Numbered from the stretch's first letter, positions 12,166 through 22,695 are shown. The stretch: 64,000 nt of DNA from Lentisphaeria bacterium (GCA_017615635.1 JAFZZR010000044.1:36176-100175); one strand, 5' to 3'. Numbers and translations are program-made. Notes: a model not told the origin generated them from the sequence alone.

Positions 12166-13149
12166 ATGAAGTACATCGTAACGGGAGCGGCGGGCCTTAT
12201 CGGAAGCGCCGTCGTCCACGCATTGAATCAGCGCGGCGAAACGGATATCCTGGCCGTGGATCATTTGGGATCAACCACCGAAAAATGGAAGAATCTGCGG
12301 GCGCTCCGCTTCACCGACTATATGGAAAAAGAAGAGTTTTTCGCCTCGCTCGATACGCCGGATCCCATTTTCTCCGATGCAAAAGCCATCATTCACATGG
12401 GCGCCTGCTCTTCCACGACCGAAACGGACGCCTCCTATCTGGCGCGGAACAATTACGAATGCACAAAAAAAATTGCCTCCCTGGCCGTCGGGCGCGGGAT
12501 CCGGTTCCTGTATGCCTCCAGCGCGGCAACCTACGGAGACGGCTCCTGCGGGTACTCGGATGACGAATCGGGGATCGAACAACTCCGCCCCCTCAATATG
12601 TACGGATATTCCAAGCAGATGTTCGATCTGTGGGCGAAGCGCCACGGAATGCTGGACCGGATCACGGGCGTGAAATTCACCAATGTATACGGCCCCAACG
12701 AACGGCATAAGGGATCCATGCGCAGCATGGTCTGCCGGGCTTTCGAACAGATCCGGGATACCGGGAAAGTCCGGCTCTTCCGTTCCGATCGGCCCGATTA
12801 TGCCGACGGCGAGCAGAAGCGGGATTTTCTGTACGTCAAGGACGCGGCCGACATGGTCCTCTTCCTGCTGAAGGATCCGGCGCTGTGCGGCCTCTACAAT
12901 GTGGGAAGCGGGAAAGCCGAAACCTGGAACGAGCTGGCGAAGGCGGTATTCGATGCCATGAACGTGCCGGTGAACATCGAATATATCGACATGCCGGATC
13001 ACCTGAAGGGCAAATATCAGTACTACACCTGCGCGGATATGAGCAAAATGAAGAAGGCGGGATATCCCCGCGAGATTCTCTCCCTGCACGATGCGATCCG
13101 GGACGATGTAGTCAATTATCTGCTTCCGGACAAATATCTGGGCGACTGA
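12166..13149 (+). CDS. hldD: ADP-L-glycero-D-manno-heptose 6-epimerase
   Basis: 327 aa. Rossmann motif VTGAAGLIGS, catalytic YGYSK, and overall HldD/RfaD-like layout (FTDYMEKEEF, FTNVYGPNE). Confidence 0.9.
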   Translation: MKYIVTGAAGLIGSAVVHALNQRGETDILAVDHLGSTTEKWKNLRALRFTDYMEKEEFFASLDTPDPIFSDAKAIIHMGACSSTTETDASYLARNNYECTKKIASLAVGRGIRFLYASSAATYGDGSCGYSDDESGIEQLRPLNMYGYSKQMFDLWAKRHGMLDRITGVKFTNVYGPNERHKGSMRSMVCRAFEQIRDTGKVRLFRSDRPDYADGEQKRDFLYVKDAADMVLFLLKDPALCGLYNVGSGKAETWNELAKAVFDAMNVPVNIEYIDMPDHLKGKYQYYTCADMSKMKKAGYPREILSLHDAIRDDVVNYLLPDKYLGD

Positions 13150-13183
13150 CCGGGCCCAGGCCGAACGCGGGAGGAACAGAACT

Positions 13184-14032
13184 ATGATGCAGGAATCCGG
13201 TCGGAATTTGAAAAAGTACGTCGTCATCGGCGATCCGGTGGGGCACTCCCTGTCGCCCGGAATGCAGAATGCCGCCTTCCGTGCACTGGGTCTCCAGGCG
13301 GAATACATCGCGGTCCGGGTCGTAAAAGAGGATCTCGCCGCCTTCGCCAGAGATGCCTCGAAACGCCTGGCCGGCTTCAATATCACGGTCCCTCACAAAA
13401 ACAACATTCTGCCGTTCCTCACGGAGATCGAGTCCACCGCACGCGCGGCGGGAAGCGTCAATACCGTCAAAGTGCAGGAGAACGGCGCTCTGCACGGCTT
13501 TTCCACGGACGGCTATGGACTGGAACACGCCGTGCTGGAAGCGGGCGGTCCGTCGCTGAAGGATGCCTCGATCTGTTTCATCGGATGCGGCGGCGTAACG
13601 CCTGCGCTGGCGTTTCATGCGGCGGCGGCGGGCGCAAAAGAGATCCGGATCCTGAACCGGACGGAGGAAAAGGCCCGCGCCCTTGCGGAACATCTCCGGG
13701 CACTCCATGCGGATCTCCGCTGCGAAGGGGCGGCGCTGTCCTGCGCGGAGGACTTTCTCCGGCACACGGATCTTACGGTCCAGTGCACCAGCCTGGGACT
13801 GAAGGCGGAAGATCCGGCGCCGGTGGATCCCGCCCTGCTCTCGAAGGATACGTTCCTTTTCGACCTGGTGTACAATCGGGAAACGAAGATCCTCGCCGGC
13901 GCCCGGGCTCGCGGGATCCCCTGCGCGGACGGACTGGCCATGCTGCTCCATCAGGGCGCAAGATCCTTCGAAATCTGGACGGGGTTGGAGGCGCCGGTGG
14001 AGGAAATGCGCCGCGCGCTGTTCAACCGTTGA
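13184..14032 (+). CDS. aroE: Shikimate dehydrogenase
   Basis: 282 aa with VIGDPVGHSLSPGMQNAAF, NITVPHK, NTV..GFSTDG and GCGG motifs. Confidence 0.92.
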   Translation: MMQESGRNLKKYVVIGDPVGHSLSPGMQNAAFRALGLQAEYIAVRVVKEDLAAFARDASKRLAGFNITVPHKNNILPFLTEIESTARAAGSVNTVKVQENGALHGFSTDGYGLEHAVLEAGGPSLKDASICFIGCGGVTPALAFHAAAAGAKEIRILNRTEEKARALAEHLRALHADLRCEGAALSCAEDFLRHTDLTVQCTSLGLKAEDPAPVDPALLSKDTFLFDLVYNRETKILAGARARGIPCADGLAMLLHQGARSFEIWTGLEAPVEEMRRALFNR

Positions 14033-14068
14033 CACGCGTACGCCGCAGAACCCCGTCCCGCCCGGACA

Positions 14069-15505
14069 TCAGCTCACATTCGATCCGGATCCCGACAGTT
14101 CCTTCCGTCTCTTTTCTTCGTACCAGTGATACAGGATCAACGGGACGGCCATGAAGAAAAGCGACCCGAAGAGCAGGAACGCGATGTACAGGATCACCGC
14201 GTGCGTTCCTTCCGCCCGGACATTGCCGGTGGGGATGAACCCGACCGCAATAGCCAGAAGCGAGGTCAGAAACGCGATCCCGGCAACGATCCACATGCCG
14301 GCCTTTCCGCCGGGGATCTGATACGGACGGGGCACGTCCGCCCTGGAATACCGGAGCTTGATCGCCGCCGCAAACATGAACAGATACATGATCATATACA
14401 GCTGAGCGGTCAGGGCGGACATGATCCAGAAGGCGCCGCTGATGGTGGGCATGAAGAAGATCACCAGAGAAAGCACCGAGGAAATGGACGCCTGCAGAAT
14501 CAGGATCCGAGTCGGCATGCCGTTTTCGTTGCGGTGCTGCCAGTATTCCGGCAGATAGCCTTCCCGGGCCACTTCCAGAACTCCTTTGGAGGGACCGAGC
14601 ACCCAGGTCACGACCATGGTCAGCGCCCCATAGGCAAGCAGAAAACTGATGATCGGGGTCATCCAGCGGATGTGAAAGATCTGGAACATTTTGTCGAATG
14701 CCTGAAGCGCACCCGCGGCCAGGCTGATGTCATTCTCCGGAATCACCACGGCAATACCCAGCGATCCGAGGATGCTCAAGAGAATAATGACTGCACAGGA
14801 GATGAACACCGCCCGGGGAAAATTCTTCTTCGGTTCCTGCACATCGGTCACATGGACGGCGGACATCTCCATACCGGAAATCGCCACCATCATGCCGGAA
14901 AGCAGCATGATCTGATTCATGTTGTCCAGATTCGGCACCAGCGCTCCGGCCGAAAACGGAATGGAGCTGGGCTTGCCCATGATGAAAAACGCCAGCATCA
15001 GCAGAATGATCAGGACTCCGGGGATCAGCGTGCCGGCAATGGCGCCGGAACTGCTCAGGAATGCGGAAAGTTTCATTCCCCGGAAATTGAGGAACGTTGC
15101 CATCCACAGACTGACGATCACGACCAGGAACACGAACCAGCGGCTGGAGGCCAGCTTCGGATCGAATACGTAGGCAATGGCGGATGCCACGAACGTCAGC
15201 ACCGCGGGAAACCACGGCAGGTTCTCCACCCATTGCATGGCGATCGCCACGAATCCCCATTTCGGACCGAACGCTTCCTTCACCCACAGATACACGCCCC
15301 CGTCCTGCGGCCAGGCCGAGGCCAGTTCCGCCGATACCAGCGCCGACGGCAGAAAGAAGCAGATCGACGCCGCCGTAATGTAAAAGATGATGCTCCAGCC
15401 GTACTCCGCCTGGGACGGCAGATTCCGGATCGACAGCACAGCTGCCACGTTCAGCATGGCGAGCGTAAAAACACCCATGCCGGATTTTCTGATGATCGAA
15501 CTCAC
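14069..15505 (-). CDS. APC-superfamily amino-acid antiporter, GadC-like (glutamate:GABA antiporter family)
   Basis: 478 aa, about 12 TM segments. From memory, it aligns collinearly with E. coli GadC across GGVYLWVKEAFGPKWGF, the SAVHV region and LGPSKG. Lies immediately downstream of the decarboxylase gene. Confidence 0.85.
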   Translation of the reverse strand: MSSIIRKSGMGVFTLAMLNVAAVLSIRNLPSQAEYGWSIIFYITAASICFFLPSALVSAELASAWPQDGGVYLWVKEAFGPKWGFVAIAMQWVENLPWFPAVLTFVASAIAYVFDPKLASSRWFVFLVVIVSLWMATFLNFRGMKLSAFLSSSGAIAGTLIPGVLIILLMLAFFIMGKPSSIPFSAGALVPNLDNMNQIMLLSGMMVAISGMEMSAVHVTDVQEPKKNFPRAVFISCAVIILLSILGSLGIAVVIPENDISLAAGALQAFDKMFQIFHIRWMTPIISFLLAYGALTMVVTWVLGPSKGVLEVAREGYLPEYWQHRNENGMPTRILILQASISSVLSLVIFFMPTISGAFWIMSALTAQLYMIMYLFMFAAAIKLRYSRADVPRPYQIPGGKAGMWIVAGIAFLTSLLAIAVGFIPTGNVRAEGTHAVILYIAFLLFGSLFFMAVPLILYHWYEEKRRKELSGSGSNVS

Positions 15506-15547
15506 GTTTTTCCCCCTTCCGTTTGTTTATGACTGCGCAGCCCGGTT

Positions 15548-17851
15548 TCATTTCTTCCCGATGCACATGGTGGTGAAGACCGTTTTCCCGTTCACTCTCT
15601 CCCGTTCCACTCCGTGGATATCCCCTTCATATCCGGGGAACGCTTCCTCGAAAGCCTGACGGGCCAGCAGATAGTCCAGTATGGGGGCGGCCTTTTCGTT
15701 GAAGATCTCGCCGCCCATGATGACCGGGATCCCCGGGGGATACGGCACCATCATGACCGCCTGGATCCGGCCTCGGGCGCAAGAGAGTTCCACCCGCTCC
15801 ACGTTTTCCTGCACCACATGCCGATAGGCGTCCGCCGGTTTCATTGCCTGATCCGGAATGGTTTCGAATGCCGCCTGCATCTTATCCAGCAGATGATGCG
15901 CCCGGATCCATTCGTGCATGGCCTGGCAATGCTCCCGCAGGCCCGTATGGCAGTAGGCTTCCGGATGGGCCTCCACCAGTTCCGGAAAGACGCAGCAGAG
16001 CGGTTTGTCGGCATCGTAGTCCGCCTTGAATTTGAGCATGGCCGCCAGCAGAGTCCCCTGCTTGGCCCGCGTCGTTCCCAGAGAATTGAGCAGCAGGAAG
16101 GAATAGTAATCCGTTTTTTCGCATACGATGTTGTGCCGAATCAGATAATTGGTCAGAACCGGCGCCGGAATGCCCGTCTTTTCCATTTCACCCGATTCCG
16201 TCAGGCCCGGCGTCAACAAAGTCAGCTTGATGGGATCGAGCATGACATAATTTTCTTCGATATCTTCGAACCCGTGCCACGCATCGTCCCGGCGAAGCAC
16301 CCAGGGCTCCTGATGAGAAGAGAGGAATTCGGTGCAGGCATCTTCGAAACGGACCTTTTTCCCGTTCACGCAGACGCAGTCGGGCTGCCACATGCCGAAG
16401 AACCAGTCGTTCTTTTCCGCAAACTCGCGCCGGAGACGGGCGACCTCGCGGCGCAGCTGAACGGCCTCACGGATAATGTCATGCATCATGATCTCGCCGT
16501 TGTCGTGCATCATTTTTGTGGCGGTATCCAGCGACGCGATCATATTGTACTGCGGGGAGGTGGATCCGTGCATCATGTACGATTCGTTGAAGATCGATGG
16601 ATCGATTTTGACTTCTCCTCCGTTCCGGATGTGAAGCATCGACGCCTGGGAAAATGCCGTCAGCAGCTTATGGGTGGACTGGGAACAGAAGACCGGGGGA
16701 TCCTCCGGCCTGACAGGGCCGGATTCCATGCCGAAATGATCCCGGTACACCGGATGAAATTTTGCGTAGGCGTACCAGGCTTCATCGAAGTGAAGGTTTT
16801 CCACGCTCCGGCCCAGCTGCGCCTTGATTTTGACGGTATTGTAGCATAGTCCGTCGTACGTGGAATTGGTCAGCGCCGACATCCTGACTTTTTTCTGTCT
16901 TGATTCGGCGGGGATGATCGGACTCTTTTCGATTTTCGACCGGATGGATCCGGGCGTGAATTCGGAAAGCCGGACCGGACCGATAATGCCGCGCCTGTTG
17001 CGCCTCGGTATCATGTAGACGGGCAGCGCTCCCGTGATGGTCATGGCATAGTTGAGCGATTTGTGACAGTTGCGGTCCACCAGCGCAATGTCTCCGCAGA
17101 CCACCCGGCTGCGCCAGATGATCTGGTTCACCGTGGAGGTCCCGTTCAGCACATAGTACGTCTGATCCGCGCCGAACACCCGTGCGGAATTACGCTCGGC
17201 ATCGCCGGCCGCGCCCTCGTGGTCCAGAAGCGAACCCAGTTCCGGGACCGAGATCGAAAGATCCGAGCGGAACATATTTTCACCGAAAAATTTGTACAGC
17301 GCCACGCCCGCCGGACTCCGCAGAAAACCCTGTCCGCCGAGATGTCCCGGCGTATGCCATGCGTATTTGTACCTCTCGGCATACTTCACCAGCTCACCGA
17401 AAAATTCCGGATAGACCGATTTGACGTATTCCGACGCATGTTCCCGGATTCGGCCGGCCAGAAATTCCGCCGTGTCCGCCGTCTTCCACAGGCAGCCGTC
17501 GATCTTCGAAAGATCGGCCGCGGAAAGTTTTTCCGTTTCCAGCCGGTTCGTCAGCAGCAGAATCGGGATCGTGCGGTTCCGTCTGCGGATCTCGGTTGTC
17601 AGATCCGACGGATTTTCTTTTTCTCCGCTGTCCTCTTCAGGCAGATCCCAGTCCACCACGATCGCGCTGAGATCGGCGCGCGAGTGAAAGATCTCCGAGG
17701 CATCCTCATACGAGAATGACGGAATCACTTTGCATTGCTGCGCGGTTTCAAGTTCATGAATGATTTCCCGCTGGCGGAATCCGTTGTCGTTTTCCGCATT
17801 GAGTTCATGCGAGATGAACAGGATCGGCCATGCCGACATCGTGAGTTTCAT
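15548..17851 (-). CDS. Large biodegradative Orn/Lys/Arg decarboxylase (PLP fold type I, AdiA/CadA/SpeF family)
   Basis: ORF 15548..17914, start moved to MKLTMS at 17851, which follows a GGAGG Shine-Dalgarno. N-terminal CheY-like wing domain, PLP-lysine motif SQSTHKLL, and a C-terminal domain. Substrate cannot be assigned by eye. Confidence 0.9.
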   Translation of the reverse strand: MKLTMSAWPILFISHELNAENDNGFRQREIIHELETAQQCKVIPSFSYEDASEIFHSRADLSAIVVDWDLPEEDSGEKENPSDLTTEIRRRNRTIPILLLTNRLETEKLSAADLSKIDGCLWKTADTAEFLAGRIREHASEYVKSVYPEFFGELVKYAERYKYAWHTPGHLGGQGFLRSPAGVALYKFFGENMFRSDLSISVPELGSLLDHEGAAGDAERNSARVFGADQTYYVLNGTSTVNQIIWRSRVVCGDIALVDRNCHKSLNYAMTITGALPVYMIPRRNRRGIIGPVRLSEFTPGSIRSKIEKSPIIPAESRQKKVRMSALTNSTYDGLCYNTVKIKAQLGRSVENLHFDEAWYAYAKFHPVYRDHFGMESGPVRPEDPPVFCSQSTHKLLTAFSQASMLHIRNGGEVKIDPSIFNESYMMHGSTSPQYNMIASLDTATKMMHDNGEIMMHDIIREAVQLRREVARLRREFAEKNDWFFGMWQPDCVCVNGKKVRFEDACTEFLSSHQEPWVLRRDDAWHGFEDIEENYVMLDPIKLTLLTPGLTESGEMEKTGIPAPVLTNYLIRHNIVCEKTDYYSFLLLNSLGTTRAKQGTLLAAMLKFKADYDADKPLCCVFPELVEAHPEAYCHTGLREHCQAMHEWIRAHHLLDKMQAAFETIPDQAMKPADAYRHVVQENVERVELSCARGRIQAVMMVPYPPGIPVIMGGEIFNEKAAPILDYLLARQAFEEAFPGYEGDIHGVERERVNGKTVFTTMCIGKK

Positions 17852-18140
17852 TTTCCCCTCCTGGTTTTCAGTTGCGGCGGTACAGTTTCCCCTCCGTACC
17901 CGTTTACCATACACCGGAAAATGAAAAATGCAACCTTGTTTTCTTTTTATAACATGCTAACAATAAAACATATATGAGATTGTTTTTTCGGTTTCCCGCG
18001 AAACAAAATAAAATCCATTCGTGCTTCGGGACACGGATCCGCGTTTTTTTGAAAAAAATGCCCTTTCGACCCCTTCCGGGCAGCGGACCGGCACGGACGC
18101 ACTCCACATGAATCTGAAAAGAAAAATGTCGGCCGGACCG

Positions 18141-18173
18141 GACGGAACGCCCTCAGGACCGAGGGCGTCCGTC
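18141..18173 (-). terminator. Putative terminator hairpin downstream of the beta-mannosidase gene
   Basis: GACGGAACGCCCTC/GAGGGCGTCCGTC stem with one bulge, about 10 nt after the stop. On the minus strand the T-rich tract follows only after a spacer. Confidence 0.4.
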
Positions 18174-18183
18174 AGCAGAGAAC

Positions 18184-20640
18184 TTATTCCTGGCTGCAGC
18201 CTTGCAGATGCCGGATCACCAGCGCTTTTTCCAGCGTTTCCAGCGGAATATCGGAATCCGTCCGGAAGGTCAGATCGCGCGGCTTGTCAGGCAGAAGCGT
18301 GAAGCTGTTGTCCGAGAACACCGCCTGGATCCCGCGGAATTCCGCCAGCACGTAAAATGCGGCTTTCTCCGCCGTGAGCGCCAGGTGCATGACGCCCTGC
18401 TCATCGCGGTAGAGACGGGAGCGGATCCCGGGCTCGGACATCTGATATTCCTTGTATTTTGCCAGGAAACATTCGTTGGTGAAGCATACGGAACGGCCTT
18501 CGCACTCGCCCTGCAGTTCCAGGTACAGGAACTCCTGATCCGGTGCGGAGGAGAGTTCGGAGACGGGAATCGTTTCCAGCACGCCGGCGGAATACGCGGC
18601 CAGATCGACCTTGATCTTCCGCGAAGACCGGACCTCGCCCTCGATCCCGCGCACTTCCAGAGTCAGTTCGCCGCGGACAGCGCCGCCCAGATCGCTGGAC
18701 ATGCGGACCTCGACGGTTTCGGGCGTCTTGCGGATCGCGGCGGCCATGACCGGCGCGTAAAAGCGTTTCGCGTGATAATGAAGCTGTTTCCAGCTGCCGA
18801 AGAAGTCCAGGCTCGCCCAGGAGGCCACCGGCCAGTTGTCGTTGAGCTGCCAGTAGATGGTGCCCATGCACAACGGCTTCAGCGTGCGCCAGAATTCGAC
18901 TCCGGTCTTTATGGCCACCGCCTGCTGGACCTGACTCAGATAGATGAAATCTTCGAAGGTGGCGGGCAGACGGAAATACCGGGTGAACATTTCCACGATC
19001 TTGGAATTGCCGCCGTTGTTCCTCTGATGAAATTCCATAAGCGGCGAGGTGACGTTGCGCTGTTTCCCCTGCGTATAGAAATCCACCGTGTTCTGCGTGG
19101 GGAACGCCTGGAACCCGAACTCGGAACAGAATCTCGGCTCGATCTTGTAGTATTCCTCGAACGGCGCTCCGCTGTGCCAGACCTTCCAGAAGTGCATGTC
19201 TCCCTGGGAATCGTCGTCCCATCCGCTGGCGTCCCACTGGCTGTTGCACGGACTCGTGGGCCAGAATACGCGTGTCTTGTCGGCGGCGGCGACGGCTTTG
19301 CCCACAGCCTGATTGAACCGGTCGTAATTGAGCGTCCACGGAAGCTCCTTCGGCCCGGCTGACCTCAAAAACTGTCCGCATTCGTTGTCGCCGCACCAGA
19401 GAGCGATGGAGGCGTGATCGCGGAGCCGTTTGATCTGATAGTTCAGCTCCTGTGCCACGGATTCCAGAAATTCCGGTATGGCCGGATAATGGGCGCAGGC
19501 GAACATGCCGTCCTGCCACAGAAGGATGCCTTTTTCATCGCAGAGATCGTAGAAATCCTCGTTTTCATACAAACCGCCGCCCCAGACGCGCAGCGCGTTC
19601 ATGTTGGCCTCCACGGCATCGGAAAGAAGGCGGTCATATCTCTCCCGCGTGTAGGTCTGCGGCCGGGAGTCCATGGGAATCCAGTCCGCACCCTTTGCAA
19701 AGATATCGATCCCGTTAACCTGGAAATACAGGCAGATCCCGTGTTCATCCGGATGACTGACCGTTTTCAGGTCGCGCAGGCCGATCCGCTTCCGGATCCG
19801 GCAGGAATCCGCCGCGACTTCCAGATCGTAGAGCGGGTGCTCGCCGTACCCGGCGGGATACCACAGCTTCGGGTTTTTCACCGTAAACGAAGTCTCGACT
19901 TGGTTCAGACCCTTCCGCAGTTCCGCCGTTACGGTTTTCGTTTCCCCGTTGAACTTGAATTCCACAGCCTGTTCGCCATCGAAGTCCGAGTCGATCTCCG
20001 CCGTGACGTTCAGAAGACATTCGCCGGGCTTGTGCGCCTGCTCCGTGTATGCGTGCTCGATCCAGACCCCGTTGGAACCTTCCAGATAAACCTCGCCGTA
20101 CAGACCGCTGACAGGCATGCAGATCCCCCAGTCCCAGCCGCCCTGGCACTGGATCTTTCTTGCCAGATTCAGATTCGGCATGAAACGGAAGTAGCTTTTC
20201 GCGCCGAGCTTGAACGTGAGCTTTTCCTCGACCGCGGTGGTATACTCCTCCACGGGAGTGATGATCGCCTCGATGGTGTTTTCGCCCTCCCGGAGAAACT
20301 CCTTCACGTCCTGCCGGATCCGGCAGAACATGTTCCGGCTGGTGACCGCGGTCTTCCCGTTGATCCGGATCTCGCCGATGGTATCGAACGATTCCACGTT
20401 CAGCCAGATCCGTTTCTGCTTCAGAAAATCCTTGCTGACGTCAACGCGGCGCGTCCAGGTCCAGGTGTATTTGCGCACCCACTGAATGTCGCGTTCGTTG
20501 AACCCGATATTCGGATCGGATGCGATTCCGGCCTCGATCAGGGCGGTGCAGTTGTCGCCGGGAATTTGAGCCGGGATCGCCTGAAAATCCGCCTTGCTGC
20601 AGGTCAGGGTCCAGGTACCGGAAAGATCGATCTTCGTCAT
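18184..20640 (-). CDS. Glycoside hydrolase family 2 beta-mannosidase
   Basis: ORF 18184..20928, start moved to MTKIDLSG at 20640, which follows an AGGAGG Shine-Dalgarno. The N-terminus is typical of beta-mannosidases (LSGTWTL, IPAQIPGDNCTALIEAG). TIM-barrel segments WQDGMFAC and CSEFGFQAFP are present. No signal peptide. Confidence 0.88.
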   Translation of the reverse strand: MTKIDLSGTWTLTCSKADFQAIPAQIPGDNCTALIEAGIASDPNIGFNERDIQWVRKYTWTWTRRVDVSKDFLKQKRIWLNVESFDTIGEIRINGKTAVTSRNMFCRIRQDVKEFLREGENTIEAIITPVEEYTTAVEEKLTFKLGAKSYFRFMPNLNLARKIQCQGGWDWGICMPVSGLYGEVYLEGSNGVWIEHAYTEQAHKPGECLLNVTAEIDSDFDGEQAVEFKFNGETKTVTAELRKGLNQVETSFTVKNPKLWYPAGYGEHPLYDLEVAADSCRIRKRIGLRDLKTVSHPDEHGICLYFQVNGIDIFAKGADWIPMDSRPQTYTRERYDRLLSDAVEANMNALRVWGGGLYENEDFYDLCDEKGILLWQDGMFACAHYPAIPEFLESVAQELNYQIKRLRDHASIALWCGDNECGQFLRSAGPKELPWTLNYDRFNQAVGKAVAAADKTRVFWPTSPCNSQWDASGWDDDSQGDMHFWKVWHSGAPFEEYYKIEPRFCSEFGFQAFPTQNTVDFYTQGKQRNVTSPLMEFHQRNNGGNSKIVEMFTRYFRLPATFEDFIYLSQVQQAVAIKTGVEFWRTLKPLCMGTIYWQLNDNWPVASWASLDFFGSWKQLHYHAKRFYAPVMAAAIRKTPETVEVRMSSDLGGAVRGELTLEVRGIEGEVRSSRKIKVDLAAYSAGVLETIPVSELSSAPDQEFLYLELQGECEGRSVCFTNECFLAKYKEYQMSEPGIRSRLYRDEQGVMHLALTAEKAAFYVLAEFRGIQAVFSDNSFTLLPDKPRDLTFRTDSDIPLETLEKALVIRHLQGCSQE

Positions 20641-20939
20641 GATGCGGGATTCCTCCTTGATTTGTACGTGACTGTTCGTTGCGGAATCAATATAATGTCT
20701 CTTTCCCGTAAAAAAACTGGCTTTTTTGAAAAAAGATACTATATTGACATTAAAAGACGGCCCTGTCAAATCTCGCGACACCGGATTTCGGATGGATCCC
20801 GAAAAAGACGATGTCCGGAAGTTTGAGGCTGCTGCCCGGTGCGGCAACAGCCGAAAACGTACGGATACCGGACTTTCGGGAGACGCCGAAAGGCCCGTCA
20901 CGAGATTTGGCAGCGTCGTCTGAAACACCGGAAAATAAA

Positions 20940-21764
20940 ATGATACACCTGCCTGTCGGATCCGCTTTGCGCGGAAAAGAACGCTATCACTGCCATCTTT
21001 CCGTTTTCACCCGGGAGGAAAGTTTTCCCCTGCACGACCACGAATTCTATGAATTCTTCCTGGTCCTGGAGGGACGCCTGAAGCACATCTGCAACGGCGA
21101 AACTGTCATCTGCGAAACCGGCACCATCTGTTTTCTGCGGCCCGGCGACGCCCACGAACTGCATTGCGCTCCGGATTCCCCGCGGACAAAGATTTTGAAC
21201 TGCAACGTGCTGGGCGATGAAGTCCAGCGGCTTTTCCTGCATGTCACAAGCGACTGTCCCGTGGCTCTGGAGGACTGCGTTCAGCGGATCCTGCCGCCGC
21301 AGGCTCCGCTCCGTCAGGCGCTGCTGGAGGAGGCGGCCTCCCTCTCTCTGGCGGAAAACGACGGTCTGAAAACGGCCCGGCTCCGTATGCTCCTGGAAAA
21401 CATTCTTCTGCTTCTGATTCGGGGAAGCGGCTTCGATGCCAATCCCGCGCCCGACTGGCTCCGGACGGCCCGCCAGGCCATGCACGAACCCGCCAACTAC
21501 CGGGCGGGACTCCGCCGGTTCGTCGAACTCTCCGGACGGACGCAGGAGCATCTCTGCCGGGCGATGCGCCGCTACTACGCGGAATCCCCTCAGGAATGGC
21601 TGACGGCGCTTCGTCTGGATGCCGTATTCGATCGGCTCATGCTGCAGGGCGGCGATATTTCCGCGGCCGCGTTCGATGCCGGATTCCACAATCTTTCCTG
21701 GTTTCGCCGCGCCTTCCGGAAACGGTACGCGGTATCACCCAAGGAAGTTCGGAAACGAAGCTGA
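20940..21764 (+). CDS. AraC-family transcriptional regulator (cupin sensor plus HTH)
   Basis: ATG at 20940 within ORF 20811..21764. Cupin-like N-domain (PLHDHEFYEFFLVLEG) and a C-terminal double HTH (GFHNLSWFRRAFRKRYAVSPKE). Confidence 0.85.
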   Translation: MIHLPVGSALRGKERYHCHLSVFTREESFPLHDHEFYEFFLVLEGRLKHICNGETVICETGTICFLRPGDAHELHCAPDSPRTKILNCNVLGDEVQRLFLHVTSDCPVALEDCVQRILPPQAPLRQALLEEAASLSLAENDGLKTARLRMLLENILLLLIRGSGFDANPAPDWLRTARQAMHEPANYRAGLRRFVELSGRTQEHLCRAMRRYYAESPQEWLTALRLDAVFDRLMLQGGDISAAAFDAGFHNLSWFRRAFRKRYAVSPKEVRKRS

Positions 21765-21777
21765 CCGTTTCGCAGGA

Positions 21778-22695
21778 TCAATCGTGAAGCACGGGAACAT
21801 CCGGCGGCAGAAAGGAACGCAGGACATCCGCGATGCGGTCCAGAGCCGCCGCATCCGGCGATTCCGCCTCGGGCATGGTGTTTTCCAGTCCGGCTGCCGC
21901 ATATTTTTCCCCGGCCAGAGAGTGATAGGCCAGCAGGCGGACTCGCTTCAGGGTCCCGATCCCGGCCAGCAGACGGCCGGTCTTTTCGATGTCGTCGGGG
22001 AAGTCGTTGCATCCCGGAACGATGGGCATGCGGATCTCCACAGACGTGCCGAACGCGGCGATTTTCCGGAGATTTTCATGGATGAGCGCGTTGTCCCGTC
22101 CCGTATTCCGCCGATGTCGTTCCGGATCCATTCCCTTGAGATCGAACAGCACCAGATCCGTATGAGGCAGGATCATCCGGTAATGCTCGAAATCCACCGC
22201 CCCGCAGGTATCCAGCGCCGTGGAAATGCCCGCCTCCTTCAGTTTCCGGAACAGCCCGGAAACGAACTCCGGATACAGCGCGGGCTCGCCGCCGGAAAGC
22301 GTCACGCCGCCTTCCGGGACGAAGTAATCCCGGTCCTTCACGAGTTTTGTGAAAAGCTCCTCCACGGACATCTTCACGCCGCAGATCTCCAGCGCATTGA
22401 AAAGACAGGCCCGCACGCACGCCCCGCAGAGACGGCATGCCTCCCGGTTCAGCGTGTGCCGTCCTTCCGGAGTAAAGGCGTGCACCCCGTTCGGACAAGC
22501 CCGCATACATGCCCCGCAGCCAGTGCAGAGTTTTTCGTGGAAAAGAATCCGGGGCGCCGCAGAGATGCTTTCCGGATTGTGGCACCAGAGACAGCGCAGG
22601 GGGCAGCCCTTGACGAATACGGTATCACGCACGCCCGGTCCGTCGTGGATGGTGAGGCGCCGGACGGCGGCGACGGGGATTTTTCCGGAGTTCAC
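21778..22695 (-). CDS. Glycyl-radical enzyme activating protein (radical SAM, with extra ferredoxin-like clusters)
   Basis: 305 aa. Radical-SAM CPLRCLWCHNPE, two additional Cys clusters (CTGCGACMRACP and CRLCGACVRAC), and the GGVTLSGGEP SAM motif. Starts 4 nt after the GRE stop. Confidence 0.93.
   Translation of the reverse strand: MNSGKIPVAAVRRLTIHDGPGVRDTVFVKGCPLRCLWCHNPESISAAPRILFHEKLCTGCGACMRACPNGVHAFTPEGRHTLNREACRLCGACVRACLFNALEICGVKMSVEELFTKLVKDRDYFVPEGGVTLSGGEPALYPEFVSGLFRKLKEAGISTALDTCGAVDFEHYRMILPHTDLVLFDLKGMDPERHRRNTGRDNALIHENLRKIAAFGTSVEIRMPIVPGCNDFPDDIEKTGRLLAGIGTLKRVRLLAYHSLAGEKYAAAGLENTMPEAESPDAAALDRIADVLRSFLPPDVPVLHD

Noticed and set aside
17852-17914. N-terminal extensions offered by the ORF track. 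Examples: decarboxylase from 17914, beta-mannosidase from 20928, carA from 33773, glnN from 37587, gltB from 37574, amtB from 45647, ligA from 46980, and lipoprotein from 54217.
   Set aside because: In each case an internal ATG is preceded by a good Shine-Dalgarno sequence and coincides with the start of family homology or a signal peptide. The upstream extension is non-homologous and often runs into a promoter region or the neighbouring gene.
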